A stretch of 64,000 nt of DNA from an uncultured Alphaproteobacteria bacterium (GCA_902580765.1 CACHLW010000004.1:19888-83887); one strand, 5' to 3'; positions 44,129-53,238 are shown, counted from the stretch's first letter. A program made the numbers and translations. The notes: generated by a model not told the origin, from the letters alone.

Positions 44129-45229
44129 ATGGGATTTAAGTGCGGGATAGTTGGATTACCAAATGTAGGTAAATCTACTTTATTTAATGCTCTTACCCAA
44201 TCAAATAAAGCAGAGGCTGCAAATTACCCATTTGCAACTATAGAACCAAATATAGGAAGAGTTGCAGTGCCCGATGACAGATTAGACAAACTTGCAATCA
44301 TTGGAAAAAGTGAAAAAATAATCCCATCTTTCATGGATTTTGTTGATATTGCAGGATTAGTAAAAGGAGCCTCACAAGGAGAAGGTTTAGGAAATAAATT
44401 TTTAGGACATGTAAGAGAAGTTGATGCAATAGCACATGTTGTTAGATGTTTTGAAGATACTAATATTACTCATGTATCATCAAAAATTGATCCATTAGAT
44501 GATATTGAAACAATAAATTTAGAATTGCAATTAGCTGATCTTGAAAGCTTAAATAATAAAAAAGCTAGTTTAGAAAAAAAATTAAAAGCAAACGATAAAG
44601 AAGTTAAACATCAATTTGAGATAATAAATAAAATCTTACAAATACTAGATGCTAATAGTATCTTAAAAATTGAGGAATTTGCTAGTAATGAAATTGACTT
44701 TGTAAATAGTCTTAACTTAATTAGTCTAAAGCCAACTATGTACATATGTAATTTAGATGAAGAATCGATTCATACTGGAAACGAATTATCAAAAAAAGTC
44801 ATCGAGTTTGCCAAAAAGAATAATCATTCTGTAGTTTTAATCTCTGCATCAATAGAAGCACAAATAGCAGAATTAGATAATGAAGAAGAAAAACTTGAAT
44901 TTCTAAAAGAACTTAATTTAGATCAAACAACATTGAATAAAGTTATAAAGTCAGGATATGAACTTTTAGGTTTGATAAACTATTTTACATGTGGTCCAAA
45001 AGAAACAAGATCATGGACAATAAAAAAAGAAACACTTGCGCCTCAAGCTGCTGGAAAAATTCACACTGATTTTGAAAAAGGATTTATTAGAGCAGAGACT
45101 ATCTCTTATGGAGACTATATAGAAAATAATGGTGATGCTGGAAGTAGAGATTCAGGAAAGCTAAGACAAGAAGGTAAAGATTATATTGTCAAAGATGGTG
45201 ATGTAATGAACTTTTTATTTAATGTCTAA
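44129..45229 (+). CDS. ychF: Redox-regulated ATPase YchF
   Basis: GIVGLPNVGKSTLFNALT, 366 aa, with the C-terminal TGS-like domain ending DGDVMNFLFNV. Confidence 0.95.
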   Translation: MGFKCGIVGLPNVGKSTLFNALTQSNKAEAANYPFATIEPNIGRVAVPDDRLDKLAIIGKSEKIIPSFMDFVDIAGLVKGASQGEGLGNKFLGHVREVDAIAHVVRCFEDTNITHVSSKIDPLDDIETINLELQLADLESLNNKKASLEKKLKANDKEVKHQFEIINKILQILDANSILKIEEFASNEIDFVNSLNLISLKPTMYICNLDEESIHTGNELSKKVIEFAKKNNHSVVLISASIEAQIAELDNEEEKLEFLKELNLDQTTLNKVIKSGYELLGLINYFTCGPKETRSWTIKKETLAPQAAGKIHTDFEKGFIRAETISYGDYIENNGDAGSRDSGKLRQEGKDYIVKDGDVMNFLFNV

Positions 45230-45975
45230 GTGACGTCTCGCCAAAGTCTATTTTTTGCTAAGAAAACAATTGTTCCTAGAATAATAAAGAATAATATTAC
45301 TTTGATTCCTAAATTTTTTCTTTCTTCCATTTCTGGTTCAGCAGCCCAGTGAAGAAAATGTGTTACATCAGCTGATAACTGTTCTGCATTATTATCAGTG
45401 CCATCATCATAATCTACGCTTCCATCAGCTATAGGTGCTGGCATAGCTATTTGATTTCCAGCCATCCATTTATTGTACCACATTCCATTACCGACCTCCA
45501 TTCCCTTTGGAGGTTCAACATAGCCTAGAAGAAGGTTATAAATATAATCAACCCCATATTTTCTAGCTTTTGTAATTACACTCAAATCTGGGGGATAAGC
45601 TCCATTATTATTTGCTCTTGCCTCGTTATCATTGGCATATGGATTAACAAATCTATCTGCTGGTCTAGCCGGTCTTTCAAACATTTCACCATCATCATTT
45701 GGACCGTCTAATACAGTATATTCAGAAGCAATTACTTTTACTTGAGCTTCGGAAAAACCAACATCAATAAGATCTCTGTAATATAGCAGTTTCATTGAAT
45801 GACATCCTGCACACACCTCTCGGTAAACTTTGTAACCTCTTTGAATTGCAGCTCTATCAAAAGTTCCCGTTACTCCTTGAAATGACCATTCATGTTTGGG
45901 CATTTTCTCACTACTCATCTCAGCTGCAAATATATTTGAAGAGAAAAATAAACAAATAATGAATAATAAACGCAT
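45226..45975 (-). CDS. petC: Cytochrome c1 (bc1 complex)
   Basis: Signal peptide, heme motif CAGCHS, C-terminal TM anchor. Confidence 0.9.
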   Translation of the reverse strand: MRLLFIICLFFSSNIFAAEMSSEKMPKHEWSFQGVTGTFDRAAIQRGYKVYREVCAGCHSMKLLYYRDLIDVGFSEAQVKVIASEYTVLDGPNDDGEMFERPARPADRFVNPYANDNEARANNNGAYPPDLSVITKARKYGVDYIYNLLLGYVEPPKGMEVGNGMWYNKWMAGNQIAMPAPIADGSVDYDDGTDNNAEQLSADVTHFLHWAAEPEMEERKNLGIKVILFFIILGTIVFLAKNRLWRDVT

Positions 45976-47267
45976 TATAGATTGGTATCTTTTTGCATTG
46001 CTGGTGAAGGTATTCCTTTTTCTCCTCCTCCTATATTTGGTGCTATGTTTTTAGCATAGACATCACTTATACTAAGAGGAAGTTTGTTTGGTTTTTCTAT
46101 CCAACCAACAAATGGGGTAATGATAAAGAAGAAACCAAAATAATACAGCAAACCAACTCTTGCGATTAAAAGATATAAACCCTCAGCTGGAAGCATTCCA
46201 ACATAACCTAATACAAAAAAGTTAACGAAAAAACCCATCATAAACCATTTATATATTGGTCTATAATTACAACTTCTAACTTTTGATCTATCAAGCCAAG
46301 GCAGAACAAAGAGAATTACTATCGCCCCAAACATAAGTAGAACTCCTCCTAATTTATCAGGTACTGCTCTTAAAATTGCATAAAAAGGTGCAAGATACCA
46401 GTTTGGAACAATATGAGCTGGAGTCACAAGTGGGTCAGCTGGAATATAGTTATCAACCTCGGCCATAAGGTTTGGTCCAAAGAAAATTACCGCAGAAATC
46501 GCAACACCAAATGCACACATTGCAATCGTATCTTTGATAAGCATATATGGAAAGAAATTTACTGAGTCATTTTTACTTTTAATATCAATTCCATCAGGAT
46601 TGTTTGATCCATGAACGTGAACAGCAGCAACATGCAATCCAACAACACCAAAAATAACAAATGGTAAAACGTAATGAAGAGCAAAGAAACGATTTAAAGT
46701 AGCATTTCCAACATTGTAATCACCAAGAAGCCATGTTTTTAATCCTTCACCAATAATTGGAATAGCACTGAATAAATTAGTTATAACTGTTGCTCCCCAA
46801 TAAGACATTTGTCCCCACGGTAAAGTGTATCCAAGAAAAGAAGTTGCCATCATTAAAAGAAATATGAATACTCCTAAAATCCAATTGAGTTCTCTAGGAT
46901 ATTTATAGGAACCAAAATACATTGCCCTTACAATATGAATGTAAACAATGATGAAGAAAAAGGCTGCACCGTTAGAATGAATATATCGCATTAACCAACC
47001 ATAATTCACATCTCGCATTATTCTTTCAACACTATCAAACGCCATATCAGTGTGTGGTGTGTAATTCATTGCAAGAAAAATTCCGCTTACAATCATTGTA
47101 ACAAGTGTAATTGTTGCTAATGCACCAAAGCTCCAAAAATAATTACAATTCTTAGGCATTGGATAATCACCATATTCTTTTTTGAAATATGAAATTATTG
47201 GTAAACGAAATTCAATCCAGTTTAGGACAGGATTTTTAAATTGATGTACTTTTCTATTTTGATCCAT
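45975..47267 (-). CDS. petB: Cytochrome b (bc1 complex)
   Basis: 430 aa, multi-TM, with conserved heme-ligand histidine contexts (RYIHSNGAAFFF, FALHYVLPF) and PEWY-region equivalents. Confidence 0.95.
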   Translation of the reverse strand: MDQNRKVHQFKNPVLNWIEFRLPIISYFKKEYGDYPMPKNCNYFWSFGALATITLVTMIVSGIFLAMNYTPHTDMAFDSVERIMRDVNYGWLMRYIHSNGAAFFFIIVYIHIVRAMYFGSYKYPRELNWILGVFIFLLMMATSFLGYTLPWGQMSYWGATVITNLFSAIPIIGEGLKTWLLGDYNVGNATLNRFFALHYVLPFVIFGVVGLHVAAVHVHGSNNPDGIDIKSKNDSVNFFPYMLIKDTIAMCAFGVAISAVIFFGPNLMAEVDNYIPADPLVTPAHIVPNWYLAPFYAILRAVPDKLGGVLLMFGAIVILFVLPWLDRSKVRSCNYRPIYKWFMMGFFVNFFVLGYVGMLPAEGLYLLIARVGLLYYFGFFFIITPFVGWIEKPNKLPLSISDVYAKNIAPNIGGGEKGIPSPAMQKDTNL

Positions 47268-47269
47268 AA

Positions 47270-47797
47270 TTATCCAATCTTTATCGTAGTATCATTTAAA
47301 AAGGTATAGGGCGGAACGTCCAAGTTTTTAGGAGCTGGTCCCTTTCTAATTCTTCCAGATGTATCATAGTGAGAACCATGACATGGGCAATACCAACCAT
47401 CGTACTCACCTTTCATATCAGAAACCTTCTGGCCAAGTGGAACACAACCTAAGTGTGTACATACTCCCACTAAAACTAACCATTCTTCTTTTTGTACTCG
47501 ATCTGCATCATCTTGTGGGTCTCTTAAATCACCAGCCTGAACCATTTTAGCAGCTTCGATCTCATCTTTTGTTCTCTTCTTTATAAAAACTGGTTTTCCT
47601 CGCCATTTTATTGTTATACTTTGACCTTCTTCAATAGCGCTAATATCTACTTCAGTTGATCCTGCAGCTAATGTATCTTCTGCTGGACTCATACTTTTTA
47701 GAAATGGCCATATAAATGCAGCTGTTCCTACAGCACCAAGCGTTACTGTACTAAGTTGTAGGAAATCTCTTCTCTTATTTTTGGGTTTTTTAGCCAT
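47270..47797 (-). CDS. petA: Ubiquinol-cytochrome c reductase Rieske iron-sulfur subunit
   Basis: Tat-like N-terminus (KRRDFL) and Rieske boxes CTHLGC and CPCHGS. Confidence 0.95.
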   Translation of the reverse strand: MAKKPKNKRRDFLQLSTVTLGAVGTAAFIWPFLKSMSPAEDTLAAGSTEVDISAIEEGQSITIKWRGKPVFIKKRTKDEIEAAKMVQAGDLRDPQDDADRVQKEEWLVLVGVCTHLGCVPLGQKVSDMKGEYDGWYCPCHGSHYDTSGRIRKGPAPKNLDVPPYTFLNDTTIKIG

Positions 47798-47892
47798 TTA
47801 TTATGAATTTCTTATATCTTAATTACTTAAAAAAATACTTTTTAAATATGTGCCAGCGTGACGCAAGTAATAAAATAATATAGTAAAAAAAC

Positions 47893-48339
47893 ATGAGAAT
47901 TGCTCTATTTGAACCTGACATACCACAGAATGCAGGAAACATATTTAGACTAGGTGCCTGTCTAGGAATACCAGTAGATATAATAGAGCCAGCTGGCTTT
48001 GTGATTGATGATAAGAGATTAAAAAGAGCATCAATGGATTACTATGATTATCTAGAATTAAAAAAACATTTAAGTTGGGAAAAATTTTATGAGTGGTCAA
48101 AAGATAACTCATATCGACTCATTCTTCTAACAACGAAAAGTAAAAAAAGTTATTTCGATTATAAATTTCAATCAAATGATATTATTTTATTTGGCAGAGA
48201 AAGTGCAGGAGCACCTGATTTTGTCCATAGCTCTGTCGATGAAAGATTAACAATACCAATGATAAAGGGCCCTAGATCGATTAATCTTAGTAGTTCAGTT
48301 GCTATTGTAGCTGGTGAAATGTTACGTCAATTAGCTTAA
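47893..48339 (+). CDS. trmL: tRNA (cytidine/uridine-2'-O)-methyltransferase TrmL (SpoU family)
   Basis: 148 aa with LFEPDIPQNAGNIFRLGA and the C-terminal SLNLSSSVAIV knot region. Confidence 0.85.
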   Translation: MRIALFEPDIPQNAGNIFRLGACLGIPVDIIEPAGFVIDDKRLKRASMDYYDYLELKKHLSWEKFYEWSKDNSYRLILLTTKSKKSYFDYKFQSNDIILFGRESAGAPDFVHSSVDERLTIPMIKGPRSINLSSSVAIVAGEMLRQLA

Positions 48340-49193
48340 GCTAAGCTTCCCATTTTTCCTTCTTGATAGTCCATCATTGCTTGCTTGATTTCACCTTCAG
48401 AATTAGCCACAAAAGGACCATAACGTGCAACAGGTTCTTTAAGTGGCTTACCTGCTAAAACTAGGTAGGATCCTTTTTCTGATATTGATGTAAGTTGAAT
48501 CTCATCACTTGACTGATCAAAGTAAATCATATCACCTTTATTAGCGATTTTATCTTCCTCGTTAAATTGTAATTGACCATCGATAATATAGATCATAAGA
48601 TTTTGTTCTTTATCAACATTAAACTTTGTCATATCTGGTTTTGAAAATTGAATATCAAATATTGATACAGGTGAATATGTTTGAACTTTGGATTTGGTTC
48701 CATTTATTTCTCCCACAAGAACTTTAATTTCTATATTTGCATTTTCAGATACTGTTGGAATAGTGTTTCTTTTAATATGTTGGTACCAAGGTTTAACTTT
48801 TTTATTTTTTTTTGGAAGGTTAACCCAGATTTGTAAACCTTGCATGATACCACCACTCTTCTTAAATTTTTCTGTTACTAACTCAGAATGGATTAAACCT
48901 GACCCAGTTGTCATCCATTGTACATCACCAGTTTCAATTTCTGCTTGTCCGCCAAATGAGTCTCTATGCTCTACTTCACCACCAAGCATATAAGTAATTG
49001 CCTCAAATCCACAATGAGGATGTGCTGGTACACCAGTTGCACCTCCCGGTTCATAATTAATTGGGCCGAAATGATCAAAAAGAAGAAATGGATCATTTTC
49101 TCTCATTCCGGGGACAGGGAAAGCTCTCGTTACAGGTATCCCGTCACCCTCGAAAGTCTTCATACACTCTTTAATTTCTAATATTTTTCTCAT
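48336..49193 (-). CDS. Pirin family protein
   Basis: 285 aa bicupin with the HPHCGFEAITYML...E metal site. Confidence 0.85.
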   Translation of the reverse strand: MRKILEIKECMKTFEGDGIPVTRAFPVPGMRENDPFLLFDHFGPINYEPGGATGVPAHPHCGFEAITYMLGGEVEHRDSFGGQAEIETGDVQWMTTGSGLIHSELVTEKFKKSGGIMQGLQIWVNLPKKNKKVKPWYQHIKRNTIPTVSENANIEIKVLVGEINGTKSKVQTYSPVSIFDIQFSKPDMTKFNVDKEQNLMIYIIDGQLQFNEEDKIANKGDMIYFDQSSDEIQLTSISEKGSYLVLAGKPLKEPVARYGPFVANSEGEIKQAMMDYQEGKMGSLA

Positions 49194-49227
49194 TTGTATT
49201 TTAAATTATTATAAAAAATATATAGGT

Positions 49228-49317
49228 ATGATTATGAAAAATCAAAACCCAAACCCACCAAAGTGTGGTTGCAGCTGCAGCTGTTGTTGCACTTGTGAAG
49301 GTGGAGATTGCTGTTAA
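49228..49317 (+). CDS. Untracked 29-codon Cys-rich micro-ORF (metallothionein-like peptide candidate)
   Basis: Own translation gives MIMKNQNPNPPKCGCSCSCCCTCEGGDCC, followed by TAA TAA. There are 9 Cys in the last 17 residues. AGG lies 2 nt before the first ATG and 8 nt before the second (49234). It is a locally GC-rich patch inside the largest intergenic gap of the window (49194-49384). Confidence 0.45.
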   Translation: MIMKNQNPNPPKCGCSCSCCCTCEGGDCC

Positions 49318-49384
49318 TAATACATTCTAAATTAAACAAAATTCAGAAATAAATAATTATAATTTAATTTTTTTTAAAATTTTA

Positions 49385-49792
49385 CTATTTAAAATTAATA
49401 ATAATATCTGACTTACTATTTATTGGAGGAAATCTACCAACGATATTAGATCTATATATTTCAGGTCTATGTCTACGTCTCAAAAAACCATCATCAGATT
49501 TGCTATAGGATAATAGCAGTTCCTCTATTGAATCAATATAAGCAGAATTTTCAGGATCTATATCTCCAAACACATAGGTAAAACAATTTTCTGCGGTAAA
49601 GGATACAATACATGAACGTTTACAATTACTCATGCAATTTACACCTCTTAAAGTTACATTTTTTGTATTTTTAAATTTATCAATTAATTTTTGTGCAAGT
49701 TTTTCTCCTGCAAGTTTATTATTATTTTGAGCTTTATTAAGGGTACATGTGAGACAAACAGATAATATTATTTCTTTTTGTTTTTTTGACAT
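49385..49792 (-). CDS. DUF1636-like predicted metal-binding (thioredoxin-like) protein
   Basis: 135 aa with Cys clusters CLTC and CMSNCKRSC. This family often accompanies CobW/COG0523 genes. Confidence 0.5.
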   Translation of the reverse strand: MSKKQKEIILSVCLTCTLNKAQNNNKLAGEKLAQKLIDKFKNTKNVTLRGVNCMSNCKRSCIVSFTAENCFTYVFGDIDPENSAYIDSIEELLLSYSKSDDGFLRRRHRPEIYRSNIVGRFPPINSKSDIIINFK

Positions 49793-49813
49793 TTTTATTC
49801 TAAATTTAATAAT

Positions 49814-50068
49814 CTAATGGGTGTGGTTTGTTAGATTATTAATATCTGACTCCTCTATTTCTTCTATTGATTTTGCAACTCGCCAATTTTTCATTGATCC
49901 GTCTTCATTTCTTGCAGTAATTACAGTTTCGATTGGTGGACAATCAGGCTCATGACAACTGAGCTCAGCAATACTTATTATAGTATTTTCTCGTAATTTA
50001 TATTTCTTGGAAATTAAATGTTTAAGATTTCTTATTTTTTCAACATTTTGAGTTTTACGATTAAACAT
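49814..50068 (-). CDS. Hypothetical small protein (84 aa) with a CHEPDC motif
   Basis: ORF tightly packed between the WD40 and DUF1636-like genes. I recognise no family. Confidence 0.5.
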   Translation of the reverse strand: MFNRKTQNVEKIRNLKHLISKKYKLRENTIISIAELSCHEPDCPPIETVITARNEDGSMKNWRVAKSIEEIEESDINNLTNHTH

Positions 50069-50078
50069 ATTTTCTCCT

Positions 50079-51116
50079 TTAATTGTCTGCCCATAAAGAT
50101 GATAAAAGAATAGAACCTTTCATATCCCCAATTAATATTTGTGAATTATCACTAGATATCGCTATTGTTGAAACTTCCGAACCTGTTGAACTTCTAATCA
50201 TAATTGGTTTTTTACTTTCATCAATTTCTGCTAATAAAACTGACCCATCTGTAAAACCGGTGAAAACAGCTTTTTCTCCATTTAGTGCTTTAACAAATGT
50301 TGCAAGTTCTTTACCACAGTTTGCAACAACAATTGGCTTTCTCCCCATTGGTCCTTCTTTACCATCAAATGGCCAGCAAACTGCATCACTGGATCCAGAT
50401 GTTACCAAATACGGTGTATCACCAACCCAAGTAAAACTTTTAATTTTTGATGGATAACCTCTCATTGCTAAATCAGCTTTGTCGTTTATGCGCCAACCAT
50501 GAATTTGATTTTCTTGCATTGCAGTTACAATATATTTTGTATCTGGGCTAAACGTTACAGTTCCATGCGATCCTTTCCAGGTAAAGTTTGATGCTGTCCA
50601 TTTATTATTATTAAGTTTCCACACTGTTACTCCACCGTATCTTGAGACCGCAAGACGCTTACCTTTATTATCAAATGCTAATCCAGCAACAGTACTTTGA
50701 TGCTCTAAAGTTTGTGGTTTATCTTTGTTTTTTGTCCAAATATAAACAGTCTTTCCTGATGAACAAACTTTAGTATCTTTGTGGGAAGCTACACAGTCAA
50801 CCCACTTTGAGCCAAAATTAAAAATTTCTTCAATATTTCCATCAGATGATATTTTTAGAAAACGTCCATCATCTCCTCCCGTTAACACATGATCTTCATA
50901 ATTTGTCATACTCAACACTACACCCTTATGTGCTTTAACAGTTTTAGGATCAGATCCAGATTGAAAAAACCTTACAGTGCCGTCTCCAAATCCTACTGCT
51001 ATTTGATCACGAATTGTAACCGCTTCTGTAGCTGGGGCTCCAATATTAAAAATTGAACCTCTTCTTTCAAGTTCAGTTTTATTTGATTCTTGAAGTTTTT
51101 CTAAATCAGCGTTCAT
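50079..51116 (-). CDS. WD40/beta-propeller repeat protein
   Basis: 345 aa with about 7 repeats of the type GDGTVRFF, GGDDGRFLKI, GKTVYIW, YGGVTVWKL, ENQIHGWRI, SSDAVCWPF, TDGSVLLAEI. Its start overlaps the COG0523 gene stop by 4 nt. Confidence 0.75.
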   Translation of the reverse strand: MNADLEKLQESNKTELERRGSIFNIGAPATEAVTIRDQIAVGFGDGTVRFFQSGSDPKTVKAHKGVVLSMTNYEDHVLTGGDDGRFLKISSDGNIEEIFNFGSKWVDCVASHKDTKVCSSGKTVYIWTKNKDKPQTLEHQSTVAGLAFDNKGKRLAVSRYGGVTVWKLNNNKWTASNFTWKGSHGTVTFSPDTKYIVTAMQENQIHGWRINDKADLAMRGYPSKIKSFTWVGDTPYLVTSGSSDAVCWPFDGKEGPMGRKPIVVANCGKELATFVKALNGEKAVFTGFTDGSVLLAEIDESKKPIMIRSSTGSEVSTIAISSDNSQILIGDMKGSILLSSLWADN

Positions 51117-52084
51117 GCTGATTTACAATTTTCAAAGCCTTCCTTGAGATTCATATTATCAAGATCACGACCAATAAAAACTACTCGAGAACTTCTATCT
51201 TTTCCTTTAGGCCAAGGTCCCATTGGAGAAGCATCCATAAGCATATGCACTCCTTGAAATACATATCGCTCTTCTTCACCTTTAAAGTTCAAAATTCCTT
51301 TTGATCGAAGAATATCCTGACCCTTAGTCCTCAGTAAATTTCCAAACCAATCTTGAAACTTATCCATATCTAATGGTGTATCAGATACAAAGGATAGACT
51401 AGTAACATCATCATCATGTTCATGATCATGATCTGATTCAAGAAAGTCAGGTTCAATATCTAATACTCTATCTAGACTAAATGCATTTAAGCCTACGATT
51501 TCATCAAGAGGTGCATCACAACGTGTTGTTTTGATAATCTTTGCAAAAGGGTTAATTTTTCTAATACGATCATTAACTTTCACAATGTCATTATCTTCGA
51601 CAAGTTCAACTTTATTTAGTAAAATTACATCAGCAAAAGCAATTTGTTCTTCTGCTTCATGATGATCCACTAATTGAGAACTTAGATGAACAGCATCGGC
51701 AACTGTAACAATTGCATCTAATTTTGTACGATCAGCAACATCTTGATCAACAAAAAATGTCTGAGCAACTGGTGCTGGATCAGCTAAACCAGTTGTTTCA
51801 ACTATAATTGCATCTAGTTTATCAGCACGTTTCATTAAACCACTTAGAATTCTGATTAAATCACCTCTAACAGTGCAACAAATGCACCCGTTGTTCATTT
51901 CAAATACTTCTTCATCAGCATCAACGACAAGGTCATTATCAATTCCCTGCTCACCAAATTCATTTACAATGACAGCATATTTCCGTCCATGCTGTTCAGT
52001 TAAAATTCGATTTAAAAGTGTTGTTTTTCCAGCTCCAAGAAACCCTGTTAAAACCGTAACTGGAACCTGAGAAGTATTTTCCAT
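51113..52084 (-). CDS. COG0523-family metallochaperone GTPase (CobW/ZigA/YeiR-like)
   Basis: P-loop GFLGAGKTTLLNRIL, metal motif GCICCT, His/Asp-rich linker ESDHDHEHDDD, CobW C-terminal domain. Confidence 0.9.
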   Translation of the reverse strand: MENTSQVPVTVLTGFLGAGKTTLLNRILTEQHGRKYAVIVNEFGEQGIDNDLVVDADEEVFEMNNGCICCTVRGDLIRILSGLMKRADKLDAIIVETTGLADPAPVAQTFFVDQDVADRTKLDAIVTVADAVHLSSQLVDHHEAEEQIAFADVILLNKVELVEDNDIVKVNDRIRKINPFAKIIKTTRCDAPLDEIVGLNAFSLDRVLDIEPDFLESDHDHEHDDDVTSLSFVSDTPLDMDKFQDWFGNLLRTKGQDILRSKGILNFKGEEERYVFQGVHMLMDASPMGPWPKGKDRSSRVVFIGRDLDNMNLKEGFENCKSA

Positions 52085-52108
52085 ATCAATTTCCTTATAA
52101 TTAGTTCT

Positions 52109-52141
52109 ATAAATTCCACCTTAATAAAAGGTGGAATTTAT
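52109..52141 (-). terminator. 14-bp perfect hairpin between znuA and the COG0523 gene (terminator, attenuator or RNA stabiliser)
   Basis: ATAAATTCCACCTT-AATAA-AAGGTGGAATTTAT. There is no clear T-run after it on the minus strand. Confidence 0.4.
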
Positions 52142-52155
52142 TTAAATATTAAAAA

Positions 52156-53238
52156 TTAACAGCCTTTAAGCTCGTCCCCGAGATTACTAATCAACGTAAA
52201 GTAAAGTGACTTACCAGCGTCGATGTTAGCACCTAAAGGATCAAAAACTCCTGTTTTGATATTCATATCCTCAGCTATTGTTGTAATAATCTTTGGATTA
52301 AATTGAGGTTCAGAGAAAATACATTTTATTCCCTTATCCTTAATAACATCCTGAATATCAGCTATTTGCTTTGCACCAGGTAAAACATCAGTATTCAATG
52401 TTAAAGCTCCTGCAGCTCTTACACCAAATCTTTCTTCAAAGTATTGGTATGCGTCATGGAAAACGACAAATTTTGCATCGGAATTAATATCCTTGCTAAC
52501 GTCATTTATCAATTGGTCTAAAGCTTTGATTGTTGCATCAGCATTTGCTTCATATTTCTCTTTATTTGCAGGATCTAAATCACCTAACTCATGAGCAATC
52601 TCATGAACCATTTCTTTAGCATTCATTGGATCTAACCAAATGTGAGCATCAAATTCACCATGTGCATGACCGTGGTGATCGTGTCCACTGTGATCGTCGT
52701 GGTCATCGTGATCGTCATGATCGTCATGGTCATCGTGATCGTCATGATCGTCATGGTCATCATGGTCATCGTGGTCATCGTGATCGTCATGATCGTCATG
52801 ATCGTCATGGTTATCATGGTCATCGTGGTCATCGTGATCGTCATGATCATCGTGGTCACCAAATATAGATTCTTCTCTAAATTTTAATTTAGCAATTGTT
52901 TCAACTTCCATAAACTCTACGACTTCAGCACTTTTTGCTATTGACTCCAGAGGTTCTTCTAATGATGTCTCAATACTCTCCCCAATCCAAAATACTATAT
53001 CTGCTTCTTCAAGCATTTTTGCGTGAGATGGTTTCATTGTAAAACTATGTGGAGATATGCTTCCATCAATTATAAGTCCAGGTTCACCAATTCCATTCAT
53101 AACATTAGCAATCAATGAATGAAGTGGTTTAATAGTCGTTACAACTTTTATTTCTGCTCTAGCAGATGCAGTTGCAACAAGAATTCCTGAAAACAAGATA
53201 ATTTTAAAAACATGTAGAAAAATATTCATTTGTTTCAT
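52156..53238 (-). CDS. znuA: Zinc ABC transporter periplasmic binding protein with an extended His/Asp-rich loop
   Basis: Signal peptide, cluster-9 SBP fold segments (VVTTIKPLHSL, HIWLDP, FHDAYQYF), a His-rich insert, and a position divergent from znuCB. Confidence 0.9.
   Translation of the reverse strand: MKQMNIFLHVFKIILFSGILVATASARAEIKVVTTIKPLHSLIANVMNGIGEPGLIIDGSISPHSFTMKPSHAKMLEEADIVFWIGESIETSLEEPLESIAKSAEVVEFMEVETIAKLKFREESIFGDHDDHDDHDDHDDHDNHDDHDDHDDHDDHDDHDDHDDHDDHDDHDDHDDHDDHDDHSGHDHHGHAHGEFDAHIWLDPMNAKEMVHEIAHELGDLDPANKEKYEANADATIKALDQLINDVSKDINSDAKFVVFHDAYQYFEERFGVRAAGALTLNTDVLPGAKQIADIQDVIKDKGIKCIFSEPQFNPKIITTIAEDMNIKTGVFDPLGANIDAGKSLYFTLISNLGDELKGC
52693..52854 (-). repeat. In-frame tandem 9-bp repeat encoding 18 consecutive His-Asp-Asp/Asn triplets inside znuA
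   Basis: Codon-by-codon reading gives 17 x HDD and 1 x HDN, using mixed CAT/CAC and GAT/GAC codons. A 27-nt super-unit CATGACGAT-CATGACGAT-CACGATGAC occurs twice in tandem. Confidence 0.9.

Noticed and set aside
47798-47892. Possible structured RNA upstream of petA (small GCGTGACGC hairpin)
   Set aside because: It has only a 3-bp stem and no recognisable riboswitch or sRNA features. I treat the region as ordinary promoter/5' UTR.
52626-52887. Three track ORFs (80, 76 and 81 aa), and a possible CRISPR-like or satellite repeat
   Set aside because: All are frame or strand artefacts of the 9-bp HDD repeat inside znuA. The repeat units are contiguous with no spacers, so this is not a CRISPR array.
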